From: an uncultured Conexibacteraceae bacterium
GTDB lineage: Bacteria; Actinomycetota; Thermoleophilia; Solirubrobacterales; 70-9
DNA length: 40,948 nt
Direction: 5' to 3'
Assembly: GCA_964487515.1 (NCBI GenBank)
Contig: CAZARJ010000001.1
Location: forward strand, 1,295 to 42,242
In this document: piece by piece, positions 1 through 9,981 of the stretch
Position numbering within the stretch: position 1 is the first letter of the stretch
How the letters are laid out: each line of letters opens with the position of its first letter
Translations under genes and position numbers: made by a program
Notes under the pieces: generated by a model
The model's input: only the letters and a program-made list of their open reading frames with translations
What the model was told of the DNA's origin: nothing
Database searches by the model: none

Positions 1-1070
1 AGCACGCCTTCTTCACCAACGGCGGCTCGGAGTCGGTCGAGGCGGCCTGGAAGCTGGTCCGCCAGTACCACCTGGCCAACGGCGAGCCCCAGCGGACGAA
101 GGCGATCGCGCGCGACATCGCCTACCACGGGGTGACGCTCGGAGCGCTCTCGCTGACCGGCGTGCCGCGCTTCAAGGAGCCCTTCGGCCCTCCCGCGATC
201 CCCACGAGGCACGTCTCCAACACGAACCCCTTCCGGGCCGAGAGGCAGGGCGAGGAGCTGACCGCGGCCCTGCTCGCCGAGCTCGAGGAGGCGATCGCCG
301 AGGAGGGCCCGGAGACGATCGCGATGCTGATCGCCGAGCCGATCCAGAACGCCGGCGGCAGCCTCGTCCCGCCCCCCGGCTACTGGGCCGGGCTGCGCGA
401 GATCTGCGACCGCCACGGCATCCTGCTGGTCGCCGACGAGGTGATCTCGGGCTGCGGCCGGCTCGGGGAGTGGTTCGCGGTCGAGCGCTACGGCGGCCGT
501 CCCGACCTGATCACCCTCGCCAAGGGGTTGACCTCCGCCTACGCGCCGATGGGGGCCGTGATGGTCAGCGAGCGCGTCGCCGCGCCCCTGTATGAGCCGG
601 GGGCGACGCTCCTGCACGGGATCACCTTCGGCGGCCACCCGCTGTCGGCCGCGATCGCGCTGCGCAACATCGGGATCTTCGCCCGCGACGGCGTGCTCGA
701 GAACGTGCGCGCGCTCGAGCCCTACCTGCGGCGGCGCCTCGAGGAGGAGGTGCTGCCCCTGCCGCTGGTCGGCGACGTGCGGGGCGACGGGTTCTTCTTC
801 TCCGCCGAGCTCGTGCCCGACGGCGCTGAGGGCCGCTTCGAGGCCGAGGACGTCGGCCGGCTCGTGGGCGAGATCCTGCCCCGGCGGCTGCGCGAGAACG
901 GCCTCATCGCCCGCGGCGACAACCGCGGCGATCCGGTCCTTCAGGTCGCCCCGCCCCTCGTCGCCGACGAGGCGGTGCTCGACGAGCTGGTCGTGAAGAT
1001 GCGCGACACGCTGATCGGTGCCGCGACCGATATCGGGATCGGGTCCACGACGTCGGGGGTGCGCTCGTGA
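1..1070 (+). CDS. Class III (omega) aminotransferase, PLP-dependent; 5' end outside window
   Basis: The reading frame is open from base 3 (HAFFTNGGSESVEAAWKLVRQYH...) and continues into listed ORF 132..1070. Class III hallmarks are present: IAEPIQNAGG, LLVADEVISG, and the LAKGLTSAYAPMG Lys motif. The stop overlaps the next gene's start (GTGA at 1067-1070). Confidence 0.85.
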   Translation, partial: HAFFTNGGSESVEAAWKLVRQYHLANGEPQRTKAIARDIAYHGVTLGALSLTGVPRFKEPFGPPAIPTRHVSNTNPFRAERQGEELTAALLAELEEAIAEEGPETIAMLIAEPIQNAGGSLVPPPGYWAGLREICDRHGILLVADEVISGCGRLGEWFAVERYGGRPDLITLAKGLTSAYAPMGAVMVSERVAAPLYEPGATLLHGITFGGHPLSAAIALRNIGIFARDGVLENVRALEPYLRRRLEEEVLPLPLVGDVRGDGFFFSAELVPDGAEGRFEAEDVGRLVGEILPRRLRENGLIARGDNRGDPVLQVAPPLVADEAVLDELVVKMRDTLIGAATDIGIGSTTSGVRS

Positions 1071-2155
1071 TCGTCGGCGTGGCCCGTGAGCTGAAGCCGG
1101 CCGAGCGGCGCGTCGCGCTGACCCCCGCCGGAGCGCGGGAGCTGAGCGGCGACGGCCACCGGGTCTTGGTCGAGGCGGAGGCAGGCGCCGGCTCGGGCTT
1201 CCCCGACCGCGCCTACGAGGAAGCCGGGGCCGAGATCGTCGATCAGGAGCAGGTCTGGTCCACCAGCGAGCTGCTGCTCAAGGTCAAGGAGCCGATCGAG
1301 CCGGAGTATGGCCTGCTGCGCTCGGGCCTGACCCTGTTCACCTACCTCCACCTGGCTGCCGATCCGCCCCTCGCTGCGGCCCTGCGTGAGTCCGGGACCT
1401 GCGCGATCGCCTACGAGACCGTCCAGGACCCGGCCGGCAGGCTCCCCCTGCTCGCGCCGATGAGCGAGATCGCGGGCCGCCTCGCCACCCAGGCCGGCGC
1501 CTACTTCCTGCAGAGCCCACAGGGCGGCAGCGGCGTGCTGATCGGCGGCGCCGCCGGCGTTGCGGCCGCCCGCGTGCTCGTCCTCGGCGGGGGCGCGGCC
1601 GGAACCGCAGCCGCCCGCGTGGCCGCCGGCATGGGGGCCGACGTGACGATCCTCGAGCGCTCCACCGCCCGCATCGGCGAGCTGGAGGAGATCTTCGAGG
1701 GTCGCGCCCGCGTGCTGATGTCGGACGGCGTGACGATCGAGGAGGAGACGGGGCGCTCGGATCTCGTGATCGGCACGGTGCTCGTACCCGGCGCCCGCGC
1801 GCCGCGGCTGCTGACCCGTGAGCTGCTCGCCTCGATGCGCGACGGCAGCGTGATCGTCGACGTCGCGATCGACCAGGGCGGCTGCGCCGAGACCTCCCGG
1901 CCGACCACGCACGCCGAGCCGACCTTCGTCGTCGACGGCGTCGTCCACTACTGCGTGACCAACATGCCCGGCGCGGTGCCGTCCACCTCCACCCGCGCGC
2001 TCACCAACGCGAGCCTTCCTCACGTCCGCATGCTCGCCGGCGCGGGCGTCGACGCCGCCCTCGAGGCGGATCCCGGTCTCGCGTTCGGGGTCAACGTCCG
2101 CGACGGCGAGATCGTCTCCGCCCCGGTCGCCGAGGCCCTGGCCGCGGTCGCCTGA
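1067..2155 (+). CDS. ald: Alanine dehydrogenase
   Basis: 362 aa. The N-terminus MIVGVARELKPAERRVALTP is typical of Ald. It has a Rossmann motif (VLVLGGGAAGTAAARVAAGMGADVTILE) and the C-terminal stretch HYCVTNMPGAVP. GTG start overlaps the upstream stop. Confidence 0.9.
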   Translation: MIVGVARELKPAERRVALTPAGARELSGDGHRVLVEAEAGAGSGFPDRAYEEAGAEIVDQEQVWSTSELLLKVKEPIEPEYGLLRSGLTLFTYLHLAADPPLAAALRESGTCAIAYETVQDPAGRLPLLAPMSEIAGRLATQAGAYFLQSPQGGSGVLIGGAAGVAAARVLVLGGGAAGTAAARVAAGMGADVTILERSTARIGELEEIFEGRARVLMSDGVTIEEETGRSDLVIGTVLVPGARAPRLLTRELLASMRDGSVIVDVAIDQGGCAETSRPTTHAEPTFVVDGVVHYCVTNMPGAVPSTSTRALTNASLPHVRMLAGAGVDAALEADPGLAFGVNVRDGEIVSAPVAEALAAVA

Positions 2156-2175
2156 GCGCGAGGGCCGGCCCCTCG

Positions 2176-2200
2176 AAGGCGGCCCCCCACCGGCCGCCTT
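2176..2200. terminator. GC-rich hairpin between convergent ald and the ABC ATPase gene
   Basis: AAGGCGGCC (2176-2184) pairs perfectly with GGCCGCCTT (2192-2200) around a 7-nt loop, 20 nt after the ald stop. There is no clear U-tract. A second small hairpin, GGAGAG/CTCTCC, lies at 2225-2240. Confidence 0.4.
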
Positions 2201-2301
2201 CACCGGCCATTCCCGACCCGCAGAGGAGAGTCCCCTCTCCGGGGCGGCCCGCTCACTACTCCCAAGGGGCGGCCCGCCCGGGGCCGGTGGGCCGGGCGCG
2301 A

Positions 2302-3435
2302 TCAGTCCGCGACCAGCACCCCGTCACCGGCCTGCCAGCAGACCTGGACCTCGTCGCCGGCCTTGGCCGGAGTCAGGTCGCCGGCCTGCTCCCGCGCGAT
2401 CAGCACGCGGCCGCTCGGGAGCTCGACCTCCAGCTTGCGCGCCGCGCCGAGGTAGATCACCTGCTTGACGCGGCCGCCGAGCACGTTGTCGCAGTCTCGC
2501 GCTGCGTCGGCGGCCCGGATCGAGAGCCGCTCGGGCCGGACGACCACCGCGCCCCGCTCGCAGTCGCCGACGGCCGGATCGGGGACGACCATGATCTGGC
2601 CCTCGGGGGCGATCACCATGCAGCGGCCGTCGGCCTGCTTCTCGCTCGCCCCCGCGAAGACGTTGGACTCGCCCAGGAACTCGGCCACGAAGCGCGTGCG
2701 CGGGCACTCGTAGAGCTCCTCGGCGCTGCCGATCTGCTCGATTCGCCCCTCACAGAAGACCGCGATCCGATCGGAGAGGACGAGCGCCTCCTCCTGATCG
2801 TGGGTGACGTAGACGAAGGTGATCCCGACCTCGTCGTGGATGCGCTTGATCTCGAGCTGGAGCCACTCACGCAGCTTCTTGTCGAGGGCGCCCAGCGGCT
2901 CGTCCATGAGCAGCACCCGTGGCCGGAAGACGATCGCGCGGGCGAGGGCGACCCGCTGCTGCTGGCCGCCGGAGAGCTGACCCGGATAGCGACCGCCGAG
3001 GTCGCCCAGCTGCACCATCTCGAGCGCCTCACCGACGCGCCGGCGCAGATCCTCGCCGCGCACCTTGCGGCGCTTGAGCGGGAAGGCGACGTTCTCGAAC
3101 ACGGTCAGGTGCGGGAACAGCGCGTATGACTGGAAGACCATGCCGATGTCACGGCGATGCGGAGGCAGGGCGTCGATCGGTTGCCCATCCATGTGGATCT
3201 CACCCGCGCTGAGGTCGGCGAAGCCGGCGATCATGTTCAGGGTCGTCGTCTTGCCGGACCCGCTCGGGCCGAGCATGGTCAGAAACTCGCCCGCACGGAT
3301 GTCGAGCGAGACGCCGTCGACGGCGGTCGTCTCCTCGTAGTGCTTGTACAGATCGCGCAGCTCCAACGCCGCTCCGGGGCTCGCGTTCGCCTGCGCCCCG
3401 GGAGCGGCCGTGGGCTCTCCAACCCCGGTCACCAT
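2302..3435 (-). CDS. ABC transporter ATP-binding protein, PotA/spermidine-putrescine type
   Basis: 377 aa with Walker A (GPSGSGKTT), ABC signature (LSGGQQQRVALARA), Walker B (LLMDEPLGALD) and a C-terminal TOBE-like domain. GAGGAGG lies 8 nt upstream of the ATG. Confidence 0.9.
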   Translation of the reverse strand: MVTGVGEPTAAPGAQANASPGAALELRDLYKHYEETTAVDGVSLDIRAGEFLTMLGPSGSGKTTTLNMIAGFADLSAGEIHMDGQPIDALPPHRRDIGMVFQSYALFPHLTVFENVAFPLKRRKVRGEDLRRRVGEALEMVQLGDLGGRYPGQLSGGQQQRVALARAIVFRPRVLLMDEPLGALDKKLREWLQLEIKRIHDEVGITFVYVTHDQEEALVLSDRIAVFCEGRIEQIGSAEELYECPRTRFVAEFLGESNVFAGASEKQADGRCMVIAPEGQIMVVPDPAVGDCERGAVVVRPERLSIRAADAARDCDNVLGGRVKQVIYLGAARKLEVELPSGRVLIAREQAGDLTPAKAGDEVQVCWQAGDGVLVAD

Positions 3436-3478
3436 CTCCCGGTCCTCCTCGATGTCGCTGTCAACTTCTCCTCCATCG

Positions 3479-4285
3479 TCAGGTCTCGATCCCGGCCGAG
3501 CGGCGTCGCGAGCGGTTCGCGGCCAAGGCCAAGATCATGATTGCCGTCGTCATCGCCAGCACCAGCGTCGAGGCGGACGCGATCGTCGGGTCGACGTCTT
3601 CGATCGTCTGGAACATCTTCACGGGGACCGTTTGCTTGAACGGGTCCGCGAGGAACTGTGAGACCACCACCTCGTCGAAAGAGGTGATGAACGCGAACAC
3701 GGCGCCCGCGGCGAGCCCCGGGGATATCGAAGGCAGCGTGACCCGCACGAAGCTCACCCACGGTGAGGCGCCGAGGCTCGCCGCGGCGAGCTCGAGCTGG
3801 CGGTCGAAGCCGGAGAGGCTTACAAGGACGGCGACGATCACGAACGGGAGCGCCAACGCCGTGTGAGCGAGCACGAAGCCGGCCGTCTTGCCCACCAGGC
3901 TCACATCGAGCCCGATCGCGTACATGCCGACGGCGGAGACGACTAGGGGCACGATCATCGGCGCCAGCAGCAGGGCCTGAAGGACCGGCTTGCCGCGCAG
4001 GCGGCTGCGGTCCAGCCCGAGCGCGCAGGCGGTCCCGAGCACGAGGGTGACCACGACGACGATGAGCGCGATCTCGACCGAGTTGACCAGCGCGTTGCGC
4101 CAAGCGCTGTCGGTGAACAGGTTCGAGAACCACTGCAGCGACCAGGACTCGGGCGGGAACTCGAACGTCTGCTTGCCGGTGAAGGCGAGCGGGATCACGA
4201 TCAGCACCGGCGCGATCAGCCAGACCGCGACCAGGCCGCCGGCGGCCCGCAACATGACGCTGCCGAAGCGGCGCGACGCCATCAC
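3479..4285 (-). CDS. ABC transporter permease (PotC-like)
   Basis: 268 aa, multi-pass hydrophobic protein. It has an EAA-like loop (AASLGASPWVSFVRVTLP). The start overlaps the stop of the upstream permease. Confidence 0.9.
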   Translation of the reverse strand: MMASRRFGSVMLRAAGGLVAVWLIAPVLIVIPLAFTGKQTFEFPPESWSLQWFSNLFTDSAWRNALVNSVEIALIVVVVTLVLGTACALGLDRSRLRGKPVLQALLLAPMIVPLVVSAVGMYAIGLDVSLVGKTAGFVLAHTALALPFVIVAVLVSLSGFDRQLELAAASLGASPWVSFVRVTLPSISPGLAAGAVFAFITSFDEVVVSQFLADPFKQTVPVKMFQTIEDVDPTIASASTLVLAMTTAIMILALAANRSRRRSAGIET

Positions 4286-5214
4286 GTGCCCCCTCGGCCG
4301 GAGACGATCTGCAGCCGGCGGCGCAGGAGGGCGAAGGCGACGCCGAGGACCAGCAGCGTGGCCACGAAGAGGGTCAGCGCCATCGCGCCCGCATGGCCCC
4401 AGTCAAGAAGGCGCTGGATCTGCAGGACGATCGCCTGCGAGAGGAGCGCGTTCTGCGGCGAGCCGACGATCGCCGGCGTGATGTAGAAGCCGAGCGAGAT
4501 CACGAAGACGAGCAGCGTGCCCGCGGCCAAGCCCGGCAGCGAAAGCGGCAGATAGACGCGCATGAAGCTGCTCGCGGGCGAGGCCCCGAGGCTGCGCGCG
4601 GCATCGACGAGCCGCATGTCGATATTTCTCATACCCGCGTAGAGAGGCAGGATCATGAACGGCGCCATCACCTGACACATCGCGATCAGCACCCCCGTCG
4701 TCGTGCCCAGCAGGGAGATGGAGCCGATCCCGAAGACCCCCAGGACGTCGTTCAGCGGCCCCTCCTCGCGCAGGATGATCTTCCAGGCGAAGGTCCGGAC
4801 GAGGATGCTCTGCCAGGAGGAGATGATCACGATCGCCAGCAGCAGGATCTGCCAGCGCCTCCCGACCACCGTCAACAGATAGGCGAACGGGTATGAGACC
4901 ACCGCGCAGATGAGCGCGATCAGGGCGGCGGTGGTGAACGTCCGCCGCAGGATCGTCATCTGGGTCGGATCGCCCAGGTACCACTCGAAGTTCGTGAGCA
5001 GGCCCTGGTCCGTGCCGGACGTGAAGGCGCGGACGAGGGCGGTGCCGACGGGATAGGCGAAGACGACCGCGACGAAGAGGAGCGCCGGCAGGATCAGCAG
5101 CGCCCAGCGATCCGCACCGAGGCGGGGGAGCCGGGCAGATGCCCGCCGGCGAAGGCGCGCTGCGCCTTCGCCGGCGGGCGGCACGCTGACCTCCGTGCTC
5201 ATGCCCGCTCCCAC
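4282..5214 (-). CDS. ABC transporter permease (PotB-like)
   Basis: 310 aa membrane protein with an EAA loop (DAARSLGASPASSFMRVYLP). An alternative ATG start at 5202 (MSTEVS...) is preceded by GGGAG. Confidence 0.85.
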   Translation of the reverse strand: MGAGMSTEVSVPPAGEGAARLRRRASARLPRLGADRWALLILPALLFVAVVFAYPVGTALVRAFTSGTDQGLLTNFEWYLGDPTQMTILRRTFTTAALIALICAVVSYPFAYLLTVVGRRWQILLLAIVIISSWQSILVRTFAWKIILREEGPLNDVLGVFGIGSISLLGTTTGVLIAMCQVMAPFMILPLYAGMRNIDMRLVDAARSLGASPASSFMRVYLPLSLPGLAAGTLLVFVISLGFYITPAIVGSPQNALLSQAIVLQIQRLLDWGHAGAMALTLFVATLLVLGVAFALLRRRLQIVSGRGGT

Positions 5215-5246
5215 TCGCCTCGGTCGAATCGCGTTCGCTCAGCCGC

Positions 5247-6347
5247 TCAGCCGGAGAGCAGCGCCGTGTAGCGCTGCGATACCTCGTCGTAGTGCTTGGC
5301 CCACCAGTCCTGATCGGCGGTGAACGCGTCGTCGGCGTGCGGGCCGGAGACCACGTCCACCTGCTTCGCTGCGTCCGACCAGTTGTCGGGCGTCTCGCCG
5401 CCGGTCGCACCCGGGTACGGAGGCGCCGCCGGACCGATCTTCTGGTTCACCTCGGGCTGCAGGACGTAAGCGATCCATGCCTTCGCCGCCTCGGCGTTGG
5501 GCGCGTCCTTGATCAGCGCCAGCGTGCCCGAGCCACGACCAAGGAAGCCCTCGGCGAGCCCGTAGTCGGCACCCTTGTCCAGTGCGTCGATGTAGTTGCG
5601 CGTCGTCGCCATGTAGATCGGCGCGTCGCTGTTGACCATCCCGTCGACGACCTGACCGGAGCTGTCGAAGCCGCCGAGATCATCCTTGATCGTCTCCAGC
5701 TTCGCGAATGCCTCGTCGATGTCGATCGGGTACGGATCGGTCGGATCGGCCCCGTTCGCGATCGCCGCGCACTCCACCGCGCCGGCGGCGGCCACGTAGG
5801 TCCAGATCACGCGCTGGCCGGGGAACTTGTCGACGTCGAAGAAGTCCTCGCAGTTCTGTGGCCCACCGTCGGGAAAGGCGCTCTTGTCGTAATACATGCC
5901 GATCCCGTAGGCGTAAGTCGCAACGCCACACTCGCTATTGATGCGGAGCGGCTCCAGCACGTTCTCCTGGGAGACCCCGGTCTCCTCGAATAGCGTGCCG
6001 CACTGCGGCCCGACCATGAAGCCATCCGCGTCGGCGACGTCGTAGCTGACGTTGCCACTCTTCACTTGCGCTTCGAGCTTCGCGTAGTCGGTCGGGCTGT
6101 CGAGGGTAAACTCGGCGCCGGTCTCCTCGGTGAAGGGATCCATCCAGACCTTCTTCACCTGCTCATCCAGATAGCCGCCGAAGCCCATATAGCTGATCGT
6201 CGTCCCGCTGAAGTCACTGGACGACGCTGCGTCCGCGTCGGCCGAGCCGTTAGTGGAGTCGCCGTCGTCGCCGCCGCACGCCGCCAGCACTAGGGAAAGC
6301 GCCAACGCCGCCACGACCGCGAGCACGCGGCTGAACTTTGAACTCAT
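5247..6347 (-). CDS. ABC substrate-binding lipoprotein, PotD/PotF family
   Basis: 366 aa. It has a signal peptide with a lipobox (LVLAACGG) and family-1 extracellular solute-binding features. AGGAGGAGAGGAA lies directly upstream of the ATG. Confidence 0.9.
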   Translation of the reverse strand: MSSKFSRVLAVVAALALSLVLAACGGDDGDSTNGSADADAASSSDFSGTTISYMGFGGYLDEQVKKVWMDPFTEETGAEFTLDSPTDYAKLEAQVKSGNVSYDVADADGFMVGPQCGTLFEETGVSQENVLEPLRINSECGVATYAYGIGMYYDKSAFPDGGPQNCEDFFDVDKFPGQRVIWTYVAAAGAVECAAIANGADPTDPYPIDIDEAFAKLETIKDDLGGFDSSGQVVDGMVNSDAPIYMATTRNYIDALDKGADYGLAEGFLGRGSGTLALIKDAPNAEAAKAWIAYVLQPEVNQKIGPAAPPYPGATGGETPDNWSDAAKQVDVVSGPHADDAFTADQDWWAKHYDEVSQRYTALLSG

Positions 6348-6615
6348 TTCCTCTCCTCCTGATCATGTCTGAACCCATGAGGCTTCCGGCATCTCGCGCA
6401 CTGGCGCGGCCGGTCTCGATCAAGCTCCCGAGTCCCCCAGCGTTCGTGCGATCAGGGCTGTTGCGGACCCTCTCGCGTGACTGCCGGGGTGAGGGATGAT
6501 AAATCGATAAACCACGACCGTAGCCTACTAGGTCCTAACCGAATTCGCCAGATCAAACCGGCGCGCGACATCGATTTGGTCCCCAGTCTCAAGCAGATCG
6601 GGAAAGCGCTCCCTC

Positions 6616-7506
6616 TCATGTCCCCCCGTCTTCAAATCCCGCTGGCGGTCGAAGCTCGACCCGGGGTGCCCGCTCATCGGCGAGCGTCGCCTCCGCAAGT
6701 TGGGCGCACGTCGTAAAGCGGACGTCGCCCCGCTCCAACCCCGCTTCGATCACCGTCCGCAGCGCCTCGACCCGGCCTGCGCGACCGGAGAGGAATGGAT
6801 GGCACGTGAGGATGAACGTGGCCCCGTGACGTCGCATCGCGTCGAGCTCCGCCACCCACATCCTGGCGACCGTGGAAGGCGCCGCGATCGTCTGCCCGAT
6901 CTCGGGCCGGGGCAGGAACGCGTACAGCTCCCAGTCGTCCAGCGACCAGTGAGGCGGTAGCTCGGCGATCTCGCCCGCCCCGGTCCGGAGCACATACGGG
7001 GAGTCGCTGTCCATGAGACTCGAGTCATAGATCAGGCCGTACTCGGCAATCAGCGACGGCGTTAACCAGCTCGCCTCCCACATTGCCGCTCGGTGCCCGC
7101 GCGGCTCGGCCCCGTGCCGCGCCAAGGCCTCGAGGGCCAGCTCGAAGTCACGGCGCTCCTCGTCCGATCCGAGATCGACCGGGCTCCGATGGCTGTGGGA
7201 ATGATGCCCCACCTCGTGGCCCGCCGCCAGGATCTGCTCGACCGCATCGGGGTGGCGTAGCGCCGTGACCCCGGGGACAAAGAAGGTCGCCCGCAGCCCG
7301 TACTCGGCCAGCAGGCCGATCAGCCTCGGCACCCCAACCCGCGGCCCGAACGCCTGATGCGTCATCGCCATCGCGTTCTCGCGATGCTCCGGTCCGGCGA
7401 CCAGGATCGGCGCCTCGGCGTCGACGTCAAAGGTGAGCAAGGCGGAGGTCTTCCCGCCTCCAGCGCTCGCCGGCCCTCCCCGCTCGTTCTCTTTCGCCTC
7501 GGTCAT
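6616..7506 (-). CDS. Polysaccharide deacetylase / NodB-homology family hydrolase
   Basis: NodB motifs are present: TFDVDAE, FFVPG, and HEVGHHSHSH. I prefer ATG 7506 (MTEAKENE...) because AAGGAGG lies 6 nt upstream. The listed ORF extends to 7584, which would overlap the ACAD stop. Confidence 0.8.
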   Translation of the reverse strand: MTEAKENERGGPASAGGGKTSALLTFDVDAEAPILVAGPEHRENAMAMTHQAFGPRVGVPRLIGLLAEYGLRATFFVPGVTALRHPDAVEQILAAGHEVGHHSHSHRSPVDLGSDEERRDFELALEALARHGAEPRGHRAAMWEASWLTPSLIAEYGLIYDSSLMDSDSPYVLRTGAGEIAELPPHWSLDDWELYAFLPRPEIGQTIAAPSTVARMWVAELDAMRRHGATFILTCHPFLSGRAGRVEALRTVIEAGLERGDVRFTTCAQLAEATLADERAPRVELRPPAGFEDGGT

Positions 7507-7580
7507 CTCAGCCTCCTTCGCCCGCGTGACAGCCGTCCTCGCCGCCCCGGCGCCCGGGGCACGGCCCGTCGCGACCACGG

Positions 7581-8738
7581 TCACCCGCGGCCGATCTCAC
7601 GCGAGATAATCAACCTCAGAATCTCGCTTGTGCCCTCGCCGATCTCGTCCAGCTTCGCGTCTCGCATCCAGCGCTCGACCGGGTAGTCGCGGGAGTATCC
7701 CCAGCCTCCCAGGGTCTGAACCGCACCCCAGGTGCAGAACATCGACGTCTCGGAGGCGAAGACCTTGGCCATCGCGGGCTCGGACGGGTTCTCGGCACCT
7801 TGGTCCAGCCGCCGGGCCGCTCGCCAGACGAGCAGCCTGGCGGCGTCGATCCGGGTCAGCATGTCGGCGAGCCGGAAGCCGATCGCCTGATGGTCGATGA
7901 GCCGCTTGCCGAACGTCTGCCGCTCGCGCGTGTACTCGCGCGTGTACTCGTAAGCGGCGCGCGCGAGGCCCACCGATCCTGCCGCGATCAGCGTCCGCGA
8001 GCGCTCGAAGGCGCGCATCAGGCCTTTGAAGGCCTCCCCCTCGGCACCGAGCCTGCGGTCGTCGGGGACGAACAGATCGTCGAGGAAGAGCTCATTGCAG
8101 ATCATCCCGCGCTGACCCATCTTCTTCATCGCGGGCCCGACCGTGAGCCCTTCGTCGTCGCGCTCGACAACGAACGCGGTCACCCCGCCGGAGCGCAAGG
8201 CTGGGTCGGTGGTCGCAAAGATGACGATGTAGTCAGCCACCTCACCGTTCGAGATCCAGCTCTTCTGGCCCCGCAACCGGTAGCCACCCTCGACCCGATC
8301 GGCGCGGGTCTGCATCGCGGCCGCGTCAGAACCCGCCCCCGGCTCGGTGATCGCGATCGCCGTCGGCTTCGCATCGGGACCGGTCACCCGCGGCATCCAG
8401 CGCTCCTGCTGCTCCTCGGTGCCGAGCATCAGGATCGGCAGGCAGTGAAAGCCGTTCGAGGTGATTAGCTGCCCCAGGCCGACATCACCATGGCATAGCT
8501 CCTCGTAGACGAGGGCGCTCGTGAAGACATCGGTCAGGCCGCCACCGCCCCAGCGCTCCGGGATCATGAACGTCGTCAGCCCGATCTCGCTCGCCTGTTT
8601 CCAGAGATCCCAGGCCATCATGTGATCGGCCTCGTCGATCTGCGCCGCCAGTGGCCGAATCTGCTCCTCCGCAAAGCGCCGGCAGAGTTGGCGGATCTCT
8701 TCCTGCTCGTCGGTCAGCTGAACCAGTCCAGCATCCAT
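7581..8738 (-). CDS. Acyl-CoA dehydrogenase
   Basis: ACAD fold across the whole length: [36 protein letters not shown], and the C-terminal [11 protein letters not shown] 8738 has GGAGGAG 9 nt upstream. The listed ORF starts at a TTG at 8756. Confidence 0.85.
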   Translation of the reverse strand: MDAGLVQLTDEQEEIRQLCRRFAEEQIRPLAAQIDEADHMMAWDLWKQASEIGLTTFMIPERWGGGGLTDVFTSALVYEELCHGDVGLGQLITSNGFHCLPILMLGTEEQQERWMPRVTGPDAKPTAIAITEPGAGSDAAAMQTRADRVEGGYRLRGQKSWISNGEVADYIVIFATTDPALRSGGVTAFVVERDDEGLTVGPAMKKMGQRGMICNELFLDDLFVPDDRRLGAEGEAFKGLMRAFERSRTLIAAGSVGLARAAYEYTREYTRERQTFGKRLIDHQAIGFRLADMLTRIDAARLLVWRAARRLDQGAENPSEPAMAKVFASETSMFCTWGAVQTLGGWGYSRDYPVERWMRDAKLDEIGEGTSEILRLIISREIGRG

Positions 8739-8774
8739 CTCGTGCTTCTCCTCCAATAGCTACCATTTATTCGG

Positions 8775-8786
8775 CAAACCGATTTG
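8775..8786. promoter_or_regulatory. Candidate LacI-family operator (CAAACCGATTTG) in the divergent ACAD/lacI region
   Basis: 12-bp near-palindrome with a CG centre; 5 of 6 positions pair. It shares the 10-mer CGATTTGGCG with the site at 16900. It lies just upstream of a TAGGGT -10-like hexamer (8791-8796). Confidence 0.4.
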
Positions 8787-8814
8787 GCGTTAGGGTAGCG
8801 AGGAAGGCGCGACG

Positions 8815-9843
8815 ATGGCACAGAGGGGTAACAGGATCACGATCCAGGACGTCTCGCGCCGCGCGGGGGTGTCCGCCACGACGGTTTCGCATGCCCTTAA
8901 CGGCCGGGGCCGGGTCGGGACCGAGACGCGGGAGCGTGTGCTGCGCGCGGCGCGCGAGCTCGGCTACGTGGCGAACCCGATCGCGCGGGCACTGAAGAGC
9001 GGCAACTCGCGCACCCTCGTCGCCGAGCTCCCGGCGACTACCGAGGCAATCGGACTCGACAGCGCTTTCCTGCGCGACGTGATCGTCGGCGCTGCCGAAC
9101 GTGCGATCGAGGCCGGCTACCTGCTCGCGATCACCAGCCGGTCCTCTTCCTCCACCCAGGTTCTGCCGCAGCATGAGGGAGTGCTGGTCGTCGATCCGGT
9201 CGGCTCCGACTCCCTTGCCAAGGAGGCGCGCGAAGCCGGGCGTCCCGTCGTCACCGTCGCCCGCTTCGCCGAGCACCCCACGGGCGTCACCGCGGTCGAC
9301 GTCGACTATTCGCGCGGCGTCCGACTGATTCTCGATCAGCTCGCCGAGGCTGGCTACTCGCGCCCGGCGCTGCTTACGACGTCGCAGCCATTCTCGTTCG
9401 CGGTCGCCTGCGAGGCCGGATATCAGGAGTGGTGCCGCGAGAAACGAGCCCGTCGCATCGTTCGTCGCGCCCCCAGGCAGCCCTCAATCGAGAGCGGGCG
9501 CGCCGCTGTCCGGGATCTGCTGCGCCTCAAGCGGCTGCCCGACGCGATCGTCACCGCCACCGAGCCGCTCGCGATCGGTGCACTGCGGGGACTCGCGGAG
9601 GCTTCGCGGAGGATCCCGGACGAGATCGGCCTCGCTTGCGCGACCGACTCCGAGCGTTTGCGCTCGGCGCTCGTTCCGGTCACCGCGCTCGACGTCCACC
9701 CCGCGGCGACGGGACGGCGCGCGATCGAAGCCCTGATCGAACTCGTCGCCTCCGAGGGCAGGGTGAAGCTCCCCGATCTGATCGAGATGCCGACCAAGCT
9801 CAACGTCCGGGCCTCGACGATGCCCGCGCGGCGCCCGGACTGA
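8815..9843 (+). CDS. LacI family transcriptional regulator
   Basis: 342 aa. N-terminal HTH ITIQDVSRRAGVSATTVSHALNG, followed by a periplasmic-binding-protein-like effector domain. Confidence 0.9.
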   Translation: MAQRGNRITIQDVSRRAGVSATTVSHALNGRGRVGTETRERVLRAARELGYVANPIARALKSGNSRTLVAELPATTEAIGLDSAFLRDVIVGAAERAIEAGYLLAITSRSSSSTQVLPQHEGVLVVDPVGSDSLAKEAREAGRPVVTVARFAEHPTGVTAVDVDYSRGVRLILDQLAEAGYSRPALLTTSQPFSFAVACEAGYQEWCREKRARRIVRRAPRQPSIESGRAAVRDLLRLKRLPDAIVTATEPLAIGALRGLAEASRRIPDEIGLACATDSERLRSALVPVTALDVHPAATGRRAIEALIELVASEGRVKLPDLIEMPTKLNVRASTMPARRPD

Positions 9844-9940
9844 CCGCGCCTCGGGCCCCCCGCAGCCTCGCGCCGCGACCGGTACGGCAAGGCCGACCCC
9901 GGGGTTCGCGACCCCTTGAGCCGCATGAGGTATTTGGTGA

Positions 9941-9959
9941 CAAATCGTTTTGGTAGAAT
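9941..9959 (+). promoter_or_regulatory. Candidate LacI operator (CAAATCGTTTTG) overlapping an extended -10 (TGGTAGAAT)
   Basis: Near-palindrome at 9941-9952. TGGTAGAAT at 9951-9959 lies 23 nt upstream of the ATG at 9982. This argues that the upstream part of listed ORF 9916.. is non-coding. Confidence 0.4.
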
Positions 9960-9981
9960 TGCGTCCCGACGCCGCCCTGCC

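Noticed and set aside
6348-6615. Guanidine-I (ykkC) riboswitch in the importer leader, suggested by the guanidino-related gene context
   Set aside because: The minus-strand leader has only fragments resembling the consensus (CUAGUAGG, GGUCCG, CGGGAG). It lacks the conserved CUAGGGUUCCG and GGUCCGAGAG blocks and the GGG...CCCGGGAGA hairpin. It cannot be supported without a covariance-model hit.
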